Shown here piece by piece: positions 30,390 through 44,159 of a stretch of DNA of 64,000 nt; within the stretch, counting starts at the first letter, position 1, and every line of letters starts with the position of its first letter. This stretch comes from the human T2T-CHM13v2.0 reference genome, Homo sapiens, in assembly GCF_009914755.1 (NCBI RefSeq), contig NC_060929.1; one strand, 5' to 3'. The notes beneath the pieces were generated by a model. That model saw nothing but the letters and a program-made list of their open reading frames with translations. It ran no database searches and was not told the origin of the DNA. The translations under genes were made by a program, and so were the position numbers.

Positions 30390-31250
30390 AGGATTTGTAT
30401 AGGGATAGCATTGAGTACGTACACCAATTTGAGTATTATTGGGCATTTTAATAATATAAACTCAAATTTATGAATGTGAGATGTGTTTCCATTTATTTGT
30501 ATCTTCTTTAACATATTCCATCAATTTTTGTAACAACATTATTAATAATCAGTGAAATGCAAATCAAAACCATCGTGTGATTAATTAAGCCATCACCTCA
30601 CAGAGTTAGGAAGGCTATTAGAATATGAAGAAATAGGAAACAGGATGGTATGGCATAAATTCTGACATATAGGTCAGTGGAACAGAATAGAGCAGACAAA
30701 AATAAACCCACACATATATGGTCAACTGATCTTTGATTAGGGTGCCAAGAAGAAACAATGAGGAAGCAGTTTCTTCATCAAATGGTGCTAGAAAACTGTA
30801 TATCCACATGCAAAGAATGAAATTAGTCCTTTATCATACATCATACACAAAAAACAATTTAAAATAAATTAAAGAACTAATCTTAATACCTGAAACTCTA
30901 GAACTCGTAGAAGAAAATATAGAAGAAGGTTTTGCTGCCGATGTTAGCAATGATGTCTTGGATATAAACCAAAGGCACAGGGAAGAAAAGCAAAAATAGA
31001 CAATTGGAATTGGAATTACATCAAATTGAAAATTTTCCACACAGCAAAAGAATCAATAAAATGAAAAGGCAACCTAAAGAATGGTGAAAAATATATTTGC
31101 AAATGATATGTCTGCTAAGAGGCTAATATCCAACTTATATAAGGAATTTCAAAAACTTAATAACAATGAACAAATAACCTGATTAAAAATGTGTAAAGCA
31201 TGTGAGTAAACATTTCTCCAAAGAAGACATACAAATGATAAACATCTAGA
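30390..31250. mobile_element. Rearranged L1M ORF2 pieces (minus ~30390-30530; plus ~30535-30620 and ~30645-31250)
   Basis: gaaatgcaaatcaaaacca at ~30553; tggaacagaatagagagc...ggtcaactgatctttga...caaagaagacatacaaatg. Confidence 0.7.
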
Positions 31251-31634
31251 TGACAAGAATTTTTATATATTTTTAAGATTAAAGTTATATTTATTTGTCT
31301 CACACTCTTCTAGTAGTTTTGTACTTTATAAATGGCCCGTTTTGTGGGTTTTCTCTGGAATATCAGCCTTCAGGTGAAGATTAGAATTGCCAAATATTCT
31401 TAAGGAACAAGCAGCTGTATATCATCACTTCACCACTCTCTTGAGCTTTGAACTGAATGCTGTTGTAATAACTAGGCCCTCTCTGTCGGAAAGTTTTTGT
31501 TCAGAACTGCAACCACAAAAATAGAACACCAAAGTCTAAATAGGTAGGTTTAAAAAAAATCTGAAATTATTGTCAAAGGAGAAATGTAGGCTTATTTTCT
31601 GCTACAAAGAGTTAGTTTTATGGAATGTTTAATA

Positions 31635-31850
31635 ACACAGAATTTGGAACAACATAAGCTCAGTGTGAAACTTGGTTTATCCACGTACTGGCTGAGTGTC
31701 TTTAGATAAGATTCTTAAACTCCTGTGCTTCACATTTCTTAAGTTCAAAGTAGCTGAAATAATAATAATATCTAACCTATAGATTTATTTGGTGATTAAT
31801 TAAGTATACATATGGTAAAACACTTAGAAGAATGTTTGGCCTATGATAAT
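31635..31850 (+). mobile_element. MIR
   Basis: ctggctgagtgtctttagataag..cttaaactcctgtgcttcac...aataataatatctaacctatag...aaacacttagaa. Confidence 0.7.
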
Positions 31851-34800
31851 CAGGCCTATAGACACTATTGTGAAGATATATGTGAAACTACTTTCAAGTA
31901 TAAGATCTATAAAAGTGTTAAGCCAGTCTCTTATTGGATATTCTGTTTTCCATGATTCAACATAGTTCTTGGCACAAGGTAGGTAATGCCAATGTTTTCC
32001 TTTTTTTTTTTTTTTTAAGAATGAAATAAATGAAGTAGATGACTGGGTAAAGAAATTGAGTGAATGTCATGCCCAGACTGAGGATATGTACATAAACGAT
32101 TTCATGCACACAATATTTCTAGGTTCTCATGTAACTTTGATCAAATCTCAGTAGTTATCTATCTCATTAATCTATCATTTATGTTTGTATGTATTCCTAC
32201 TTTTTAATTAAAAACTCTTATATCACTTCTCAGAATGTAATAAAAAGTAAAAGGATTCAAATCACGTGACATTTAGTTAAGTACTTAAAGGAAGTTGAAG
32301 GAAAGAAGAGAGGAAAAAGGAAGGAAAGTAATGAAAAAAATGAAAAAGCTTGAAAATAATGGAGTATTTTCATTGAGTGAAGGACCACTACAATGAAAAT
32401 ACTATTTTTTCAAGATAAATTTTTTAAAATATTATAAGAGCAGCATATACTAAATGCTTTCTTCACTGCTATGTAGGTCAAAACACTTACTTCTTATATA
32501 GGTACTTCTATGAAATAATACATAAATTTTCAGAATGATTTACTGATAAAGTCAAGTAAAGGACAAACTCTTATTTATGTTTACACAAATTAAATTCATT
32601 TTTTTTAACAAAAATGTAGGATTTTACAGGTTAGTTTAATGATTTTTAAAGAAAGTTACTTATTTATATAGCTATTTTACATTAAATGTATAATTTTCAC
32701 CTTAAAGTAATACATTGTACCTAAGCACTATTGCTTAGGTTAAAGACGTAGGGTTGAAGACATTTTCATTTAATTTGTTATTGCTGCTTTAATAATATAA
32801 CATTAATACCTGGCACATTACAGGAACAGAATAAATGCTTCTAAAGGTGAGGTTGCATTTTAATATGTACCAGTCAGAGTAACTGGATTTTTTCTGAATG
32901 ATTGGGTACAATGAATGCCCTCCCAAGAAGCAATCAGTGACAGAGGCTTTTATTTAAACACTATCTACATGAGGAAAAAAGACCTAAACTAAAACAAACA
33001 GAATACCCTACAGAAAACTCCCATCATTTAATGATTCTCTGTTAAAATTAGAATCATATTGTTTTTCAAAAGTACATTAAATTGTGAATATCTAACAAAC
33101 ATATTTTTTGAAAGCTTGGTTGCAAAGAATTTTGTAAATGATATTTGCTATCTTTTCACTCAAATTTTATCAGCATTGCACTTCAGTTTTCCTTTACTTT
33201 CAATACCCTGGGTATCTATCAACAGAACATCATTAACATTACCTAGGTTTTCAGCAAGTGTGATGAAATTATTTTGCGTGGCTCACACTAATATCTGGTA
33301 CAACCCAGAAAAAATGTAATTCAAGTTTATTTATTTAGTATTAGGAACTAGAGATCTAAAATTAGGCTTTGCTTTTACATCAATGACTAATAGCGCCGCC
33401 ACCACCATCCCCACTGAATATGAGACATAGATGCTTCAGAATTTTATTTCTCATGTAAGTTTTCTCTGTCAATACCAGCTAAAAACTGTTGACTGTCACA
33501 ATTTCCTGTCTAGACATTACAAGATGGTTCTTGACATGGTAATAATTATTTGTTTATTCAAATTCAGATGTAACTCATATCATATGTCAGAATGTGCCTT
33601 AGCCAAACAGAAATCAGGTTTTTCTTTTTTTAATTTAGTGAGGAGAAAAGTAGAAAGTTACGCTGTTTTGTATCTCCTCACTTACTACACCCTCATTTAC
33701 TCCTAGTCTTCACTCCATCCTGGATCCTCGCTCATTGTACTGATTTTCTTTGAACTATAGAACATCTTGGAGATAATGGGATGAGGTTGGCTAACTGTCC
33801 ATCTCCTTACTACTTCTAAATCTTTGTGGACATATAGAATTTTGAAAATTGAAATCTGGGGACAGTCTGTAAGGAAAATTTAATGTGGAATGATACTTTT
33901 GAAATCTTTCACTAAACTTGAAATCTTTCTCCAGAGTTCTCAATGAAAGGACCTATAATAGTCATGATAGGATCCGGTCCAGAAAACAGAAGGTCATCTT
34001 GCAGATACTCCTTATTTTATTTTATTTTACCTTATTTTATTTTATTAAGTAATTTTTCTTTCCTCTCTCCATAAAAAATACTTTTTAATTTTCCTCAAGT
34101 GAATCTCCACCTTTAATCACAGAATTATCTCACTGTCTGGGTCTATGTTCTGATCTATGAATGTCAAACTAACTGTGTCATTCTCTATAACAGACAAGAA
34201 TTTAGCACTAGGATCAGTGTTGCTTACCAAACTCCAGGTATTCTGGCATGTCAGAAAGCATGTTAAAGCCTGGATACTGTCCAATTTCCTTTATAGTTTA
34301 AATATTTCCATGAGAGTATAAATGTTTCTTTAATGTTAAACTTTATCACTCACATCTTTCTAAGTACAGACATTCATTTTGAGAGCCAATGTAACATAAA
34401 GAAGTAAGCGAGATATCTCTATTATCCTTAGCAATGCAATAATCAAATTATTGTATAAGGTAGTATTTTGTTTGTTTACTATTTCAACTTGCAGTGTACT
34501 ACCATAATAAACAGTATACATCATATTTTAATGGATATTTTCCACAGAATGCCTCCCCTGTAAGTAAGGGATCAAATGGCTTTTCCTTTATTTTCCCTTG
34601 GCAAAGAGAAGGAGGTAGTAAATTATTCCAGTAAGGCTGAGATCACCAACATCTGTTTACAAAGTAAAATGTCAAAGTGTGTAAGCTAAATAAATCATAA
34701 CCCCAAAGTATTTAATCATGCCAAAGTGTAGATGATTATATTTAGTCATGATTTATTTTCATTTTATCTGTTCAGATCAATGGTAATCTCATTTAAAATT

Positions 34801-36229
34801 TTGTCTGAATGTTCAGCTAAAACCACATGATATTTCTGATAAATGTTCATTTTATCTACTTCAAGTTGAAAAGTACAATTTATTCCCACAATTAGATAGG
34901 TTAAAATATGCTTTGCTGTTTTGTATTTCTAACTACTTCTATTTTTTACAGAAAAAAATGGTGATTTATAAAAGATGACAAGTTGCAAAATAAGATTCAC
35001 TAGGATTTATGAATTGCAAAATGCTCTCTTGATAATAATCAATGGTAGAATCACTGTTTAAATTTTCTCATTTATTTGAAAGTTCATACATTACAGAGCT
35101 GGAAATAGAAGCACTCTCTTCCAAACTTTCTGTACTAAAAAATGACTGTATCTGTATTACAAAAGAATTGAATTAAGGGCTTAAAGTTGTAAACTTTTAT
35201 ATTACAGATTATTTAATCCTTTGATGATGTGAAGAGATGTCTTTCAGCACTTATGACTAGAATCTTAGAAACTTGGTCAGTGTAAGAACAGTTGGTGATT
35301 TTATAACACATAGTTGACAGGGCATTTCTAGTTTAACCTAAATAGCTCAGATGGAAGCAAAATTGTTGTACTTAATAATAATCAAAATAACATAGTGCCA
35401 ATCACTCATTTATTTTTCTTAATATATGATAATTTAATACAAGATGTGTTAGATATAATTGGTTAAATCTCTATACTAAGATTCTGGTGTCTAATACTGT
35501 ATATCTTAATAATATTTATAAATTTGAGAAAGGTTGACAACAAAATTCAATTTATGCATTTATATATTATATCCAACCAAATTTTCATTTCTCATTGTCT
35601 CCTTTTTATATTTTCTTTTTATGAAACTACCTTCACCTTCCTCTTTTCCCCCCAGTCCTTTTGAACTCTGTTTTCTCTGCTTGCTTCTCCTATTGGTGTC
35701 CAAACTTCTCTTGGCTTCACCTCAGTACTAAGTCGTTGTTCAAGTTTGATTTCACCCTAAATAAAATAATTTAATTTTGCTTTTCATAGAGAGAACTTCC
35801 ATTTGATATGTCTTTTTAAAATGATTGTCCTTTTAAAAATACTATCTTATTTCTATATGCTCATTGGGTAACGATTCTTTAGGAAAAGCGAATATTAATT
35901 TGTACTTTCTGGGTTTCAAGATATTAGGCTACTAAAATCACCAGTATTTTTCTCATTGCTTTTTTCACACACATCAATGACACTGCATTGGTTCTACTGG
36001 AGTCATTGGTTTGACCTGATAAAATTATATTCTGTGATTCATGAGAATGCCTTTCATCTAGTTTGTTAGAGGTGATTTTGTGTATATGTGTGTAAATGTG
36101 AATGTGTTTTACATGAAGAAATTTGGAGAGAATCCAAAACTTATCTTATTTACAACTAGTCTTTTGTTTCCCTCATCTCACTGAAGTTCATTTTGTAACT
36201 TTTGGCTACACTACTTCATAACTTTTTCT

Positions 36230-37082
36230 TGTCAAGTTTGATATTCATCCTCATATTGCTAAGCCTGGTAGTCAACTTTCAGTTTTATCTGGCATGACCT
36301 ATTAGCATATTTGACACAGTTGGCCTCTTTGTCCTCAGTCACAAACTCTGGGCCCCACCAAACACATACGCACATGCACACACACCGAGACACCCACACT
36401 TGGATTCAATATTATTTTCTTATATCACTGGTTGTTTCCTGTTATTTTCATTTTCAGGATTCTTCTCTTTTTCTGATCTTTTAATTTTGGAATATTCTGG
36501 GACTCAGTCTTTGTGTTCTCACATAAATGCACCCACTACTTGTGAGATTTCATTTGTCTCATGGCTTTAAATACATCTATGTGTTGATGACTTCCAAACT
36601 GTACACTCAAAACTCCAGACCGAAACATTCAGCCACTTACACAGTGTGATTACTTATATATCTAATAAACTTCTCAAATGTAATGCATACAAAACTAAAA
36701 TCATTGTCTTCTTTCTTAATCTACTCAACCCACAGTTTTTCACATCTGCATAAATGGCAACTCAATCCTTTGTTGCTCAAGAAAACCAATGTTCTTTGAC
36801 TCCACCTTTTCCCCCACACTCCATATTCAATCTGGCAGGAAGCATTGTTCATTTCAACTTCAAAATATTTCCAGAATCTGACTACATTTTACCAACTCTA
36901 CCACTGCCATCCTGATATCAACCTGATACCTCTTTTCTTAACTAATGGAATAAATTCCTAATTGACTTTTCTGATTTTTTACATATGCTCTTCACTGTGT
37001 TCTACTTTCAGCATAGCAAGGAGATTGATAATTTTAGAATTTGGATTACTTAGAGCTTACAACATATCAGCTCAAAGCAATT
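36230..37082 (+). mobile_element. L2 (L2a-like), left part
   Basis: catatttgacacagttgg, tctcatggctttaaatacatctatgtgttgatgacttccaaa, cttcaaaatatttccagaatctgac. Confidence 0.8.
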
Positions 37083-38672
37083 AATGTCTTTCTGTGCCAG
37101 AAAATATTCTTGCATCTTCCTGTGCTTTCTCAAGTACTGCAAAGGCTAAAATACCGGAACCTTAATTTCTTAGATTCTTTGAAAATCAAGCTTCAGGTTA
37201 AATGTTGCTAATGACAAGTACTCACATAAAATTTTGGAAGTAAAAGGGAATTAAATCCTACTTGTCTGATGTCTACTGTGGGCATGTATGTGTGCTATTC
37301 AATAAGAGAAATATGCGATTCTGTCAGCAGCTCCCATGCGTGTTTCTAGTAACCATCTAGTTTGATATTGAAAGCAACCAACGTCATTAATCATTGTTTC
37401 CCTATGAGTCCTACAATGTCCAATGCCTGAAAACTAAAAATAGCCTCTTTGATTGTTCATTACAATGGCTTTACATTATCAAAATTCCTCTATTAAATAG
37501 GTCTTCTCTGAAATACCTAGAGTGACTTTTTTCCACATGTTTTGTCTGATTATTAGGTGTTTGAAAAGTTTTCACAGAACAGAGCATCATAGATTGTAAA
37601 TTGAAATTCTATATATGACTTGGTTTGATTTCAAATAGTAATAGTCTTATCACGAGTGGGAAATTTGTTTGGGTATGCAAATAGAATGCAATAGCAAAAC
37701 ATTTACTTAAATTATAATCTATCATTGACTAGAAGGAAGTTCTTATCGAAGCAAGGCTTTGAGAGATTAAGTTGCACATGCTATAGAACAAAATGTTGGA
37801 AATAATGATTATAATGACTATGAAATCATCATAGCTTCTAATTACAGTGGAGAACTTACAGAAAGTAAATGATCAGAAAATTACTTTAAATCTCATTTCA
37901 AGCTCAGATAGAAATACCAAAGACCTATGGCTGTCTTAAAATAACTCTTACTTCTTTTAGCTCTGGAGACAATATATGCAATTTCCAGTCTGTCTGTAGC
38001 TACAGCATAAATTATAAAATAAATAAAATTTGGCTTCTTCATGGCCATTTTTACTATACTTAAGTAATTGAGAAACTGGGAAACTATAATATGGGCACCA
38101 GATTAATTCTAATGTATCTGACTAAATTGAATCTCTTTATCCCACTGAGTTTCCCCTCCAAGAGAAAGTGACTTTCTATTTTTCATCTGTAGAGATGAAC
38201 CTCTCCATACTATAGAACCCATAACTTTCAAAAGGGATATTTGTCTTGCACGCAGATGCAAACTTTCCTGAAAACCTACCTAGCTACCTCTCATTGTATC
38301 CAGATCTGTAACTAGAGTGAAATCACTCGATGACTAAAGGAAGTGACAAAATTTTACTTGGAAGAGATAGGATAGCTATTAATGGAACTGCAAGATTTTT
38401 TACTATTTATGTTGGAAGAAACCAAGCAATATTTGTAGGAACAAATTCTAAGGTGTTATGTCACCGAGGAAGGTACTTAATATTGGACAAAGCTGGACCT
38501 ACCAGAGTATTTAGATCTATTGACTTAGTTCCTGACATAGAAGTAGCACTAATTGTAAACTTGATTGGGTAACAGAAATCTAGATTCAACAGTAGCCTAT
38601 AATAAAAGTAGCTGCAGAGTTTATTTTCTACAGGATAAAAATATCAAGACTTAGAAAGACAGAAATGTTATA
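37083..38672 (+). mobile_element. Old ERVL: LTR33/LTR16-like 5' LTR (~37083-37555) plus decayed gag
   Basis: LTR end ctgaaatacctagagtgacttt; gag-like ggaaggtacttaatattggacaaagct (cf. ERVL GRNIKLDQA). Confidence 0.55.
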
Positions 38673-38795
38673 ACGAGTGGGGAGGCAGAGCAAAACGGCT
38701 AAATAGAAGCCCTGAGCAATTGTCCCCCCACCACTGGGACACCAAATTGAACAACTATCCACACAAAAAAAGCACCTTCATAAGAACCAAAAATT

Positions 38796-39227
<432 letters not shown>

Positions 39228-41840
39228 GAACCAAAAATCAAGTGAGCAATCACAGTACCTTCTTCTTCTTCTTTTTTTTTTATATCACTTTTAGAAAAGT
39301 AGCACTGAAGAGAGTATAGAAAAGACAGTCTTGAATTGCCTATACTGTTCCTCCCCAATCCCTAGCAATGGCTGCATGGCATGGAGAGAAAATCTGTGCA
39401 CTTGTGGGAGGGAGAGTGGGGTGATTGTGGGTCTTCACATTGGAACTGAGTGCTGCCCTGTCACAGCAGAAACACTAGACAGACCTCAGATGGTACCCAC
39501 AGAGGGAGCATTTAGACCAGTCCTAGCCAAAAGTGAATCATGTATCCTAGCAGTTGGAACCTGAGTTCCAACAATCCTCTTCCCCATGGGCTAAAGTGCT
39601 CTGGAGTGCTAAATTATTTTAAAAGTCAATCTAAGCCACAATAACTAAAATTTCTGGGCAAGTCCTTATGCTGTGCTGAGCTTAGAGCCAGTGGATTTGG
39701 GGGTACACATGAACTAGTGAGATCTCACCTGAGGTGGCCAAAGGAAATGTTTGCATCACCTGCTCCCCAAACCCAGGTAGCACACCTCAAAGCTATGGGA
39801 CAGACTCCTTCCCTCTGCTTAAGGAGAGGAGAGGGGAGACTAAAGAGAACTTTGTCTTGCAACTTGGATATCTGCTCAGCCACAATAGAATATGGTACCA
39901 GGCAGAATCTTGAGGTCCCCATTCCAGGCCCTAGCTTTCAGATGACATTTCTAAACACAACCTGGGCCAGAAGGAAACTTGCTGCTTAAAGAGAAAGACC
40001 AAGTCCTGGTGAGATTCATCATTTGCTGATTAAAGAGCCCCTGAGCCCTGAATAGTCAACAGTGGTAGCCAGGCAGTTTTTGTTGCAGACCTCAGAGTCT
40101 TGCTGGTTTCAGGTGTGAACCAGCACATTCCCAACTGTGGTTCCTATGGGGAGAGATTCCTGTTACTTGAGAAAGAAGGAAGAGTAAAAGAGGGCTTTGT
40201 CTTGAAGCTCAGACACAGTGCGGTAGAGCACCAGCAGAGTCCTGGGGTCCCCGATTTCAGGCCTTGGCTCCCGGATGGCATTTATATGGATCTGCCCTGG
40301 GCCAGCGGGACGCTCACTGCCCTGAAGCAAGAGACCCAGGCCTGGCAGCATTCAACTCAAGCTGACTGAAGAGCCCTTGGGCCTTGAGTGAACATCAGTG
40401 TGGCCAGGTAGTATTTACTGCAGACATGGGGTGGTGGTAGCCATGGGGAGAAAATCCTCTGCTTGAAGAAAGGAGAGAGAAGAGGGAGAACTTTGTCCAG
40501 CAGCTTGGCTACAAGCTCAGCTTTAGAATACGGTACCAGGTAGATTCCTAAGATTCCCAACTCTAAACCGTGACTCCCAGATGGTGTCTTTGGACCCAAT
40601 CAGGGTAGGGGAAAACTTGCTGCCCTGAAGGGTAGGACACAGGCCTGGCTTGCTTTACCACCTGCTGATTGTAGAGGCCAAGGGCCTTGAGTGAACATAC
40701 GCAGTAGCCAGGCAGTGGGAAAGACCCAGAATTTTGTTGGCTTTAAGTCTGACCAAGCACAATCCTAGTGGTGGTGGCAACAAGGGTGCTTGTGTCACCC
40801 CTCCCCCAGGCAGCTCCAGGCAGCTCAGCAGAGTGAATGAGAGGGAGAGAGAGAGACAAAGAGACTCTATTTGCTTGGCAGAAAGTAAGAGAAGGAGGCA
40901 AGGGTCTCTAATTGGTAATTCAGGAAATTTTCCAAGATCTTACCAAAGACCACCAAGGCAGTACCTCTATGAGTTTGCAAGAGACACAGCAGTACTGTGT
41001 TTGGGGTGCCCCCATGCAGATAAAACTACAGTGAACAAAGACTTACATCACAACACCAGAGTATTGGATTGAAGTCCCTTCAAATACTTGGAAAGCCTTC
41101 CCAAGAACAATGAGTACAAACAAGCCCAGAATACAAGGGCTACATTAAACACCTAACCCTTCAATGCCCAGATACTGATGAACATCCACAGACATCAAGA
41201 CCATGGAAGAAAATATGACCTCACCAAAAAGGCACCAGTGACCAATCCTGGGCAGACAGAGATTTTTTACCTTTTGGACAGAGATTGAAAATTGCTGTAC
41301 TAAGGAAGCTCAATGCAATTCAAGATAACACAGAGAAGAGTTCAGAATCCTATCAGATGAATTTTACAAAGAAATTGAAATATTAAAAGAAGCAGAAATT
41401 CTGGAGCTGAAAAATGATATTGGCATACTAAAGAATGCAACGGTCTCTCAACAGCAGAACTGATCAAACAGAAGAAAGAATTCATGAGCTTGAATATAGG
41501 ATATTTGAAAGGACACAGGAAGATGAGACAAAAGAAAAAGAACAAATCATGCCTACAAGATCTAAAAAAGAGCCCCAAAAGGGCAAATCTAAGAGTTATT
41601 GGTCTGAGAGAGAGAGAGAGAGCAGAGTAAAAAGTTTATTCAAAAAGATAATAACAGAGAACTTCTGAAACCTAGAAAAGTATATAAATATTCAAATACA
41701 AGAAGGTTACAGAACAACAATCAGATTTAACCCAAATAAGACTATCACGAGACATCTAAGACCAAAGGTCAGGAATAAAGGATCTTAAAAGCAGAAGGAG
41801 AAAAGAATCAAATAACATACAAGGAGATCCAGTATGTCTA

Positions 41841-42253
41841 TGATATAGTTTAGATATGTGTCCCCTCTAAATCTAATGTTGAATTGTAATCCCCAAAGTT
41901 GGATGTGGCGCCTGGTGAAAGATGATTGGATCATGGGAGCAAATTTCTCATCATCCCCTTGGTGCTGTCCTCACAATAGTGAATCAGTTCTTGTGACATC
42001 TGGTTGTTTAAATGTGTGTGGCACTTTCTCCCACATTTGCTCTCTCTCTTGTTTCTGCTTTCCCCATGTTACGTGCCCATTCTCCTTTTGCCTTCCAACA
42101 TGATTGGAAACTTGCTGAGGTTTCCTCAGAAGCAGATACTGCTATACTTCCTGTACACCCGGCAGGACTGTGAGCAATTTAAACCTCTTTTTTTGAAATA
42201 AATTACCCAGTATAAAGTATTTCTTTATAGCAGAGCAAGAACGGCCTTACACA
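41841..42253 (+). mobile_element. MST (MSTA/B) MaLR solo LTR inside L1 ORF1
   Basis: tgatatagttt...aattgtaatcccca...ggatcatgggag...aattacccagt...tttctttatagca...aca. Confidence 0.88.
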
Positions 42254-43829
42254 TTCTGGCAGCAAACTTCTCGGTGGAAACCTGACAGTTAAGGCATGAC
42301 ATATTTAAAGCGCTGAAATAAGAAAAAAAAATTATCCTTAAATAGTGCATCTACTGGAAATATCCTTCAAGGATGAAGAAGAAATAAAGACTTTTCCAGA
42401 CACACAAAAGCAGAAAGAATTTATTAGCACCAGAACTGCCCTACAAGAAATGGAAAAAAAGAGTTTTTTCAATATGAAAAAAAGAATGCAAATAAATAAT
42501 AAGAAATTCTTTGAAGGTACAAAATGCACTGGTAATAACAAGCACACAGAAAGCCACAGAATATAATAACACTGCAAATGTGATGTGTAAAATACTCATA
42601 TATTGGGTAGGGAGACAAAATAAAAACCTATTAGAAATAACAACTACAATAACTTTTCAGACATAGGTAGTATAATCAGATATAAATAGAAAAATTAAAA
42701 AGCAGTGGGATGAAGTTAAGGTGCAGGGTTTTTATTAGTTTTATCTTTTCTTATTTGTTAGTTTCTTTGTTTATGTAATCTACGTTAAGTTGTCATTTGT
42801 TTAAAATAATTGGTTTTAAGATATTATTTTCAAGCTTCATGGTAACCTCGAATCAAAACACACACAACGGATACACAAAAATATAAAACAATAAATTAAA
42901 TTACAACACCAGAGAAAAGTATCCTTTCTAAATGGAATACAAGAAGGAAAGAAAGAAGGAAGAGAAGATTGCAAAAAAACCCCAGAAAACAAATAACAAA
43001 ATGGCAGTCAAAAATCGTTACCTCACAATAATGACATTGAATGTAAATGTCCTAAGCTCTCCAATCAAAAGACATAGAGTGGTTGTGTAGATAGAAAGCA
43101 AGAGCCAACCATCTATTGTCTACAGGAAACATACTTCATTATAAAGACACATAGAGACCAAAAACAAAGGGATGGAAAAAGATATTTCATGCAAATAGGA
43201 ACCAAAAAAAGGGCAGAAGTAGCTATACTTACATCATAGAAAATAGATTTCAAGACAAAAACTATAAAAGGAGATAAAGAAGGTCATTATATAATAATAA
43301 AAGTGTCAATTCAGCAAAATAATATTACAATTGTACATATATACTCACCCAAGACTGGAGTACCCAGATATATAATAAAGCAAATTTTATTAAAACCGAA
43401 GAGAGAGACAGAAACAATATAATGATAGCTGGAGACTTAAACACACCCACTTTCAGCATTAGACAGATCACTCAGACAGAAAATCATCAAAGAAACGTCA
43501 GACATAATCTGCAGTATAGACCAAATGTACCTAATAAATATTTACAGAGCTTTCCATCCAACAGCTGCAGAATACACAATCTTCTCCTCAGCACATAGAT
43601 TATCCTCAAGGATAGACCACATACTAGGCCACAAAGTAAGTATTAAAACATTCAAAAAAATTGAAATTGTATCAAGTATCTTCTTAGACTACAATGTAAT
43701 AAAACTCAAGATCAATTAAAAAAGAAATTTTGGAAACTATATAAACACATGGAAATTAATATGCTCTGGAATGACCAGTGGGTAAATAAAAAAAATTAAA
43801 AAGAAAATGGAAAAAAAAATTCCTGAAAC

Positions 43830-44159
<330 letters not shown>

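Noticed and set aside
38330-38572. 80-aa ATG ORF with globular-looking sequence
   Set aside because: Lies in decayed ERVL gag and only partly follows the gag frame; no support for domestication
39830-40720. Three ~300-bp degenerate tandem units
   Set aside because: Consistent with the repeated 5'UTR structure of L1MA-type elements; not a new array
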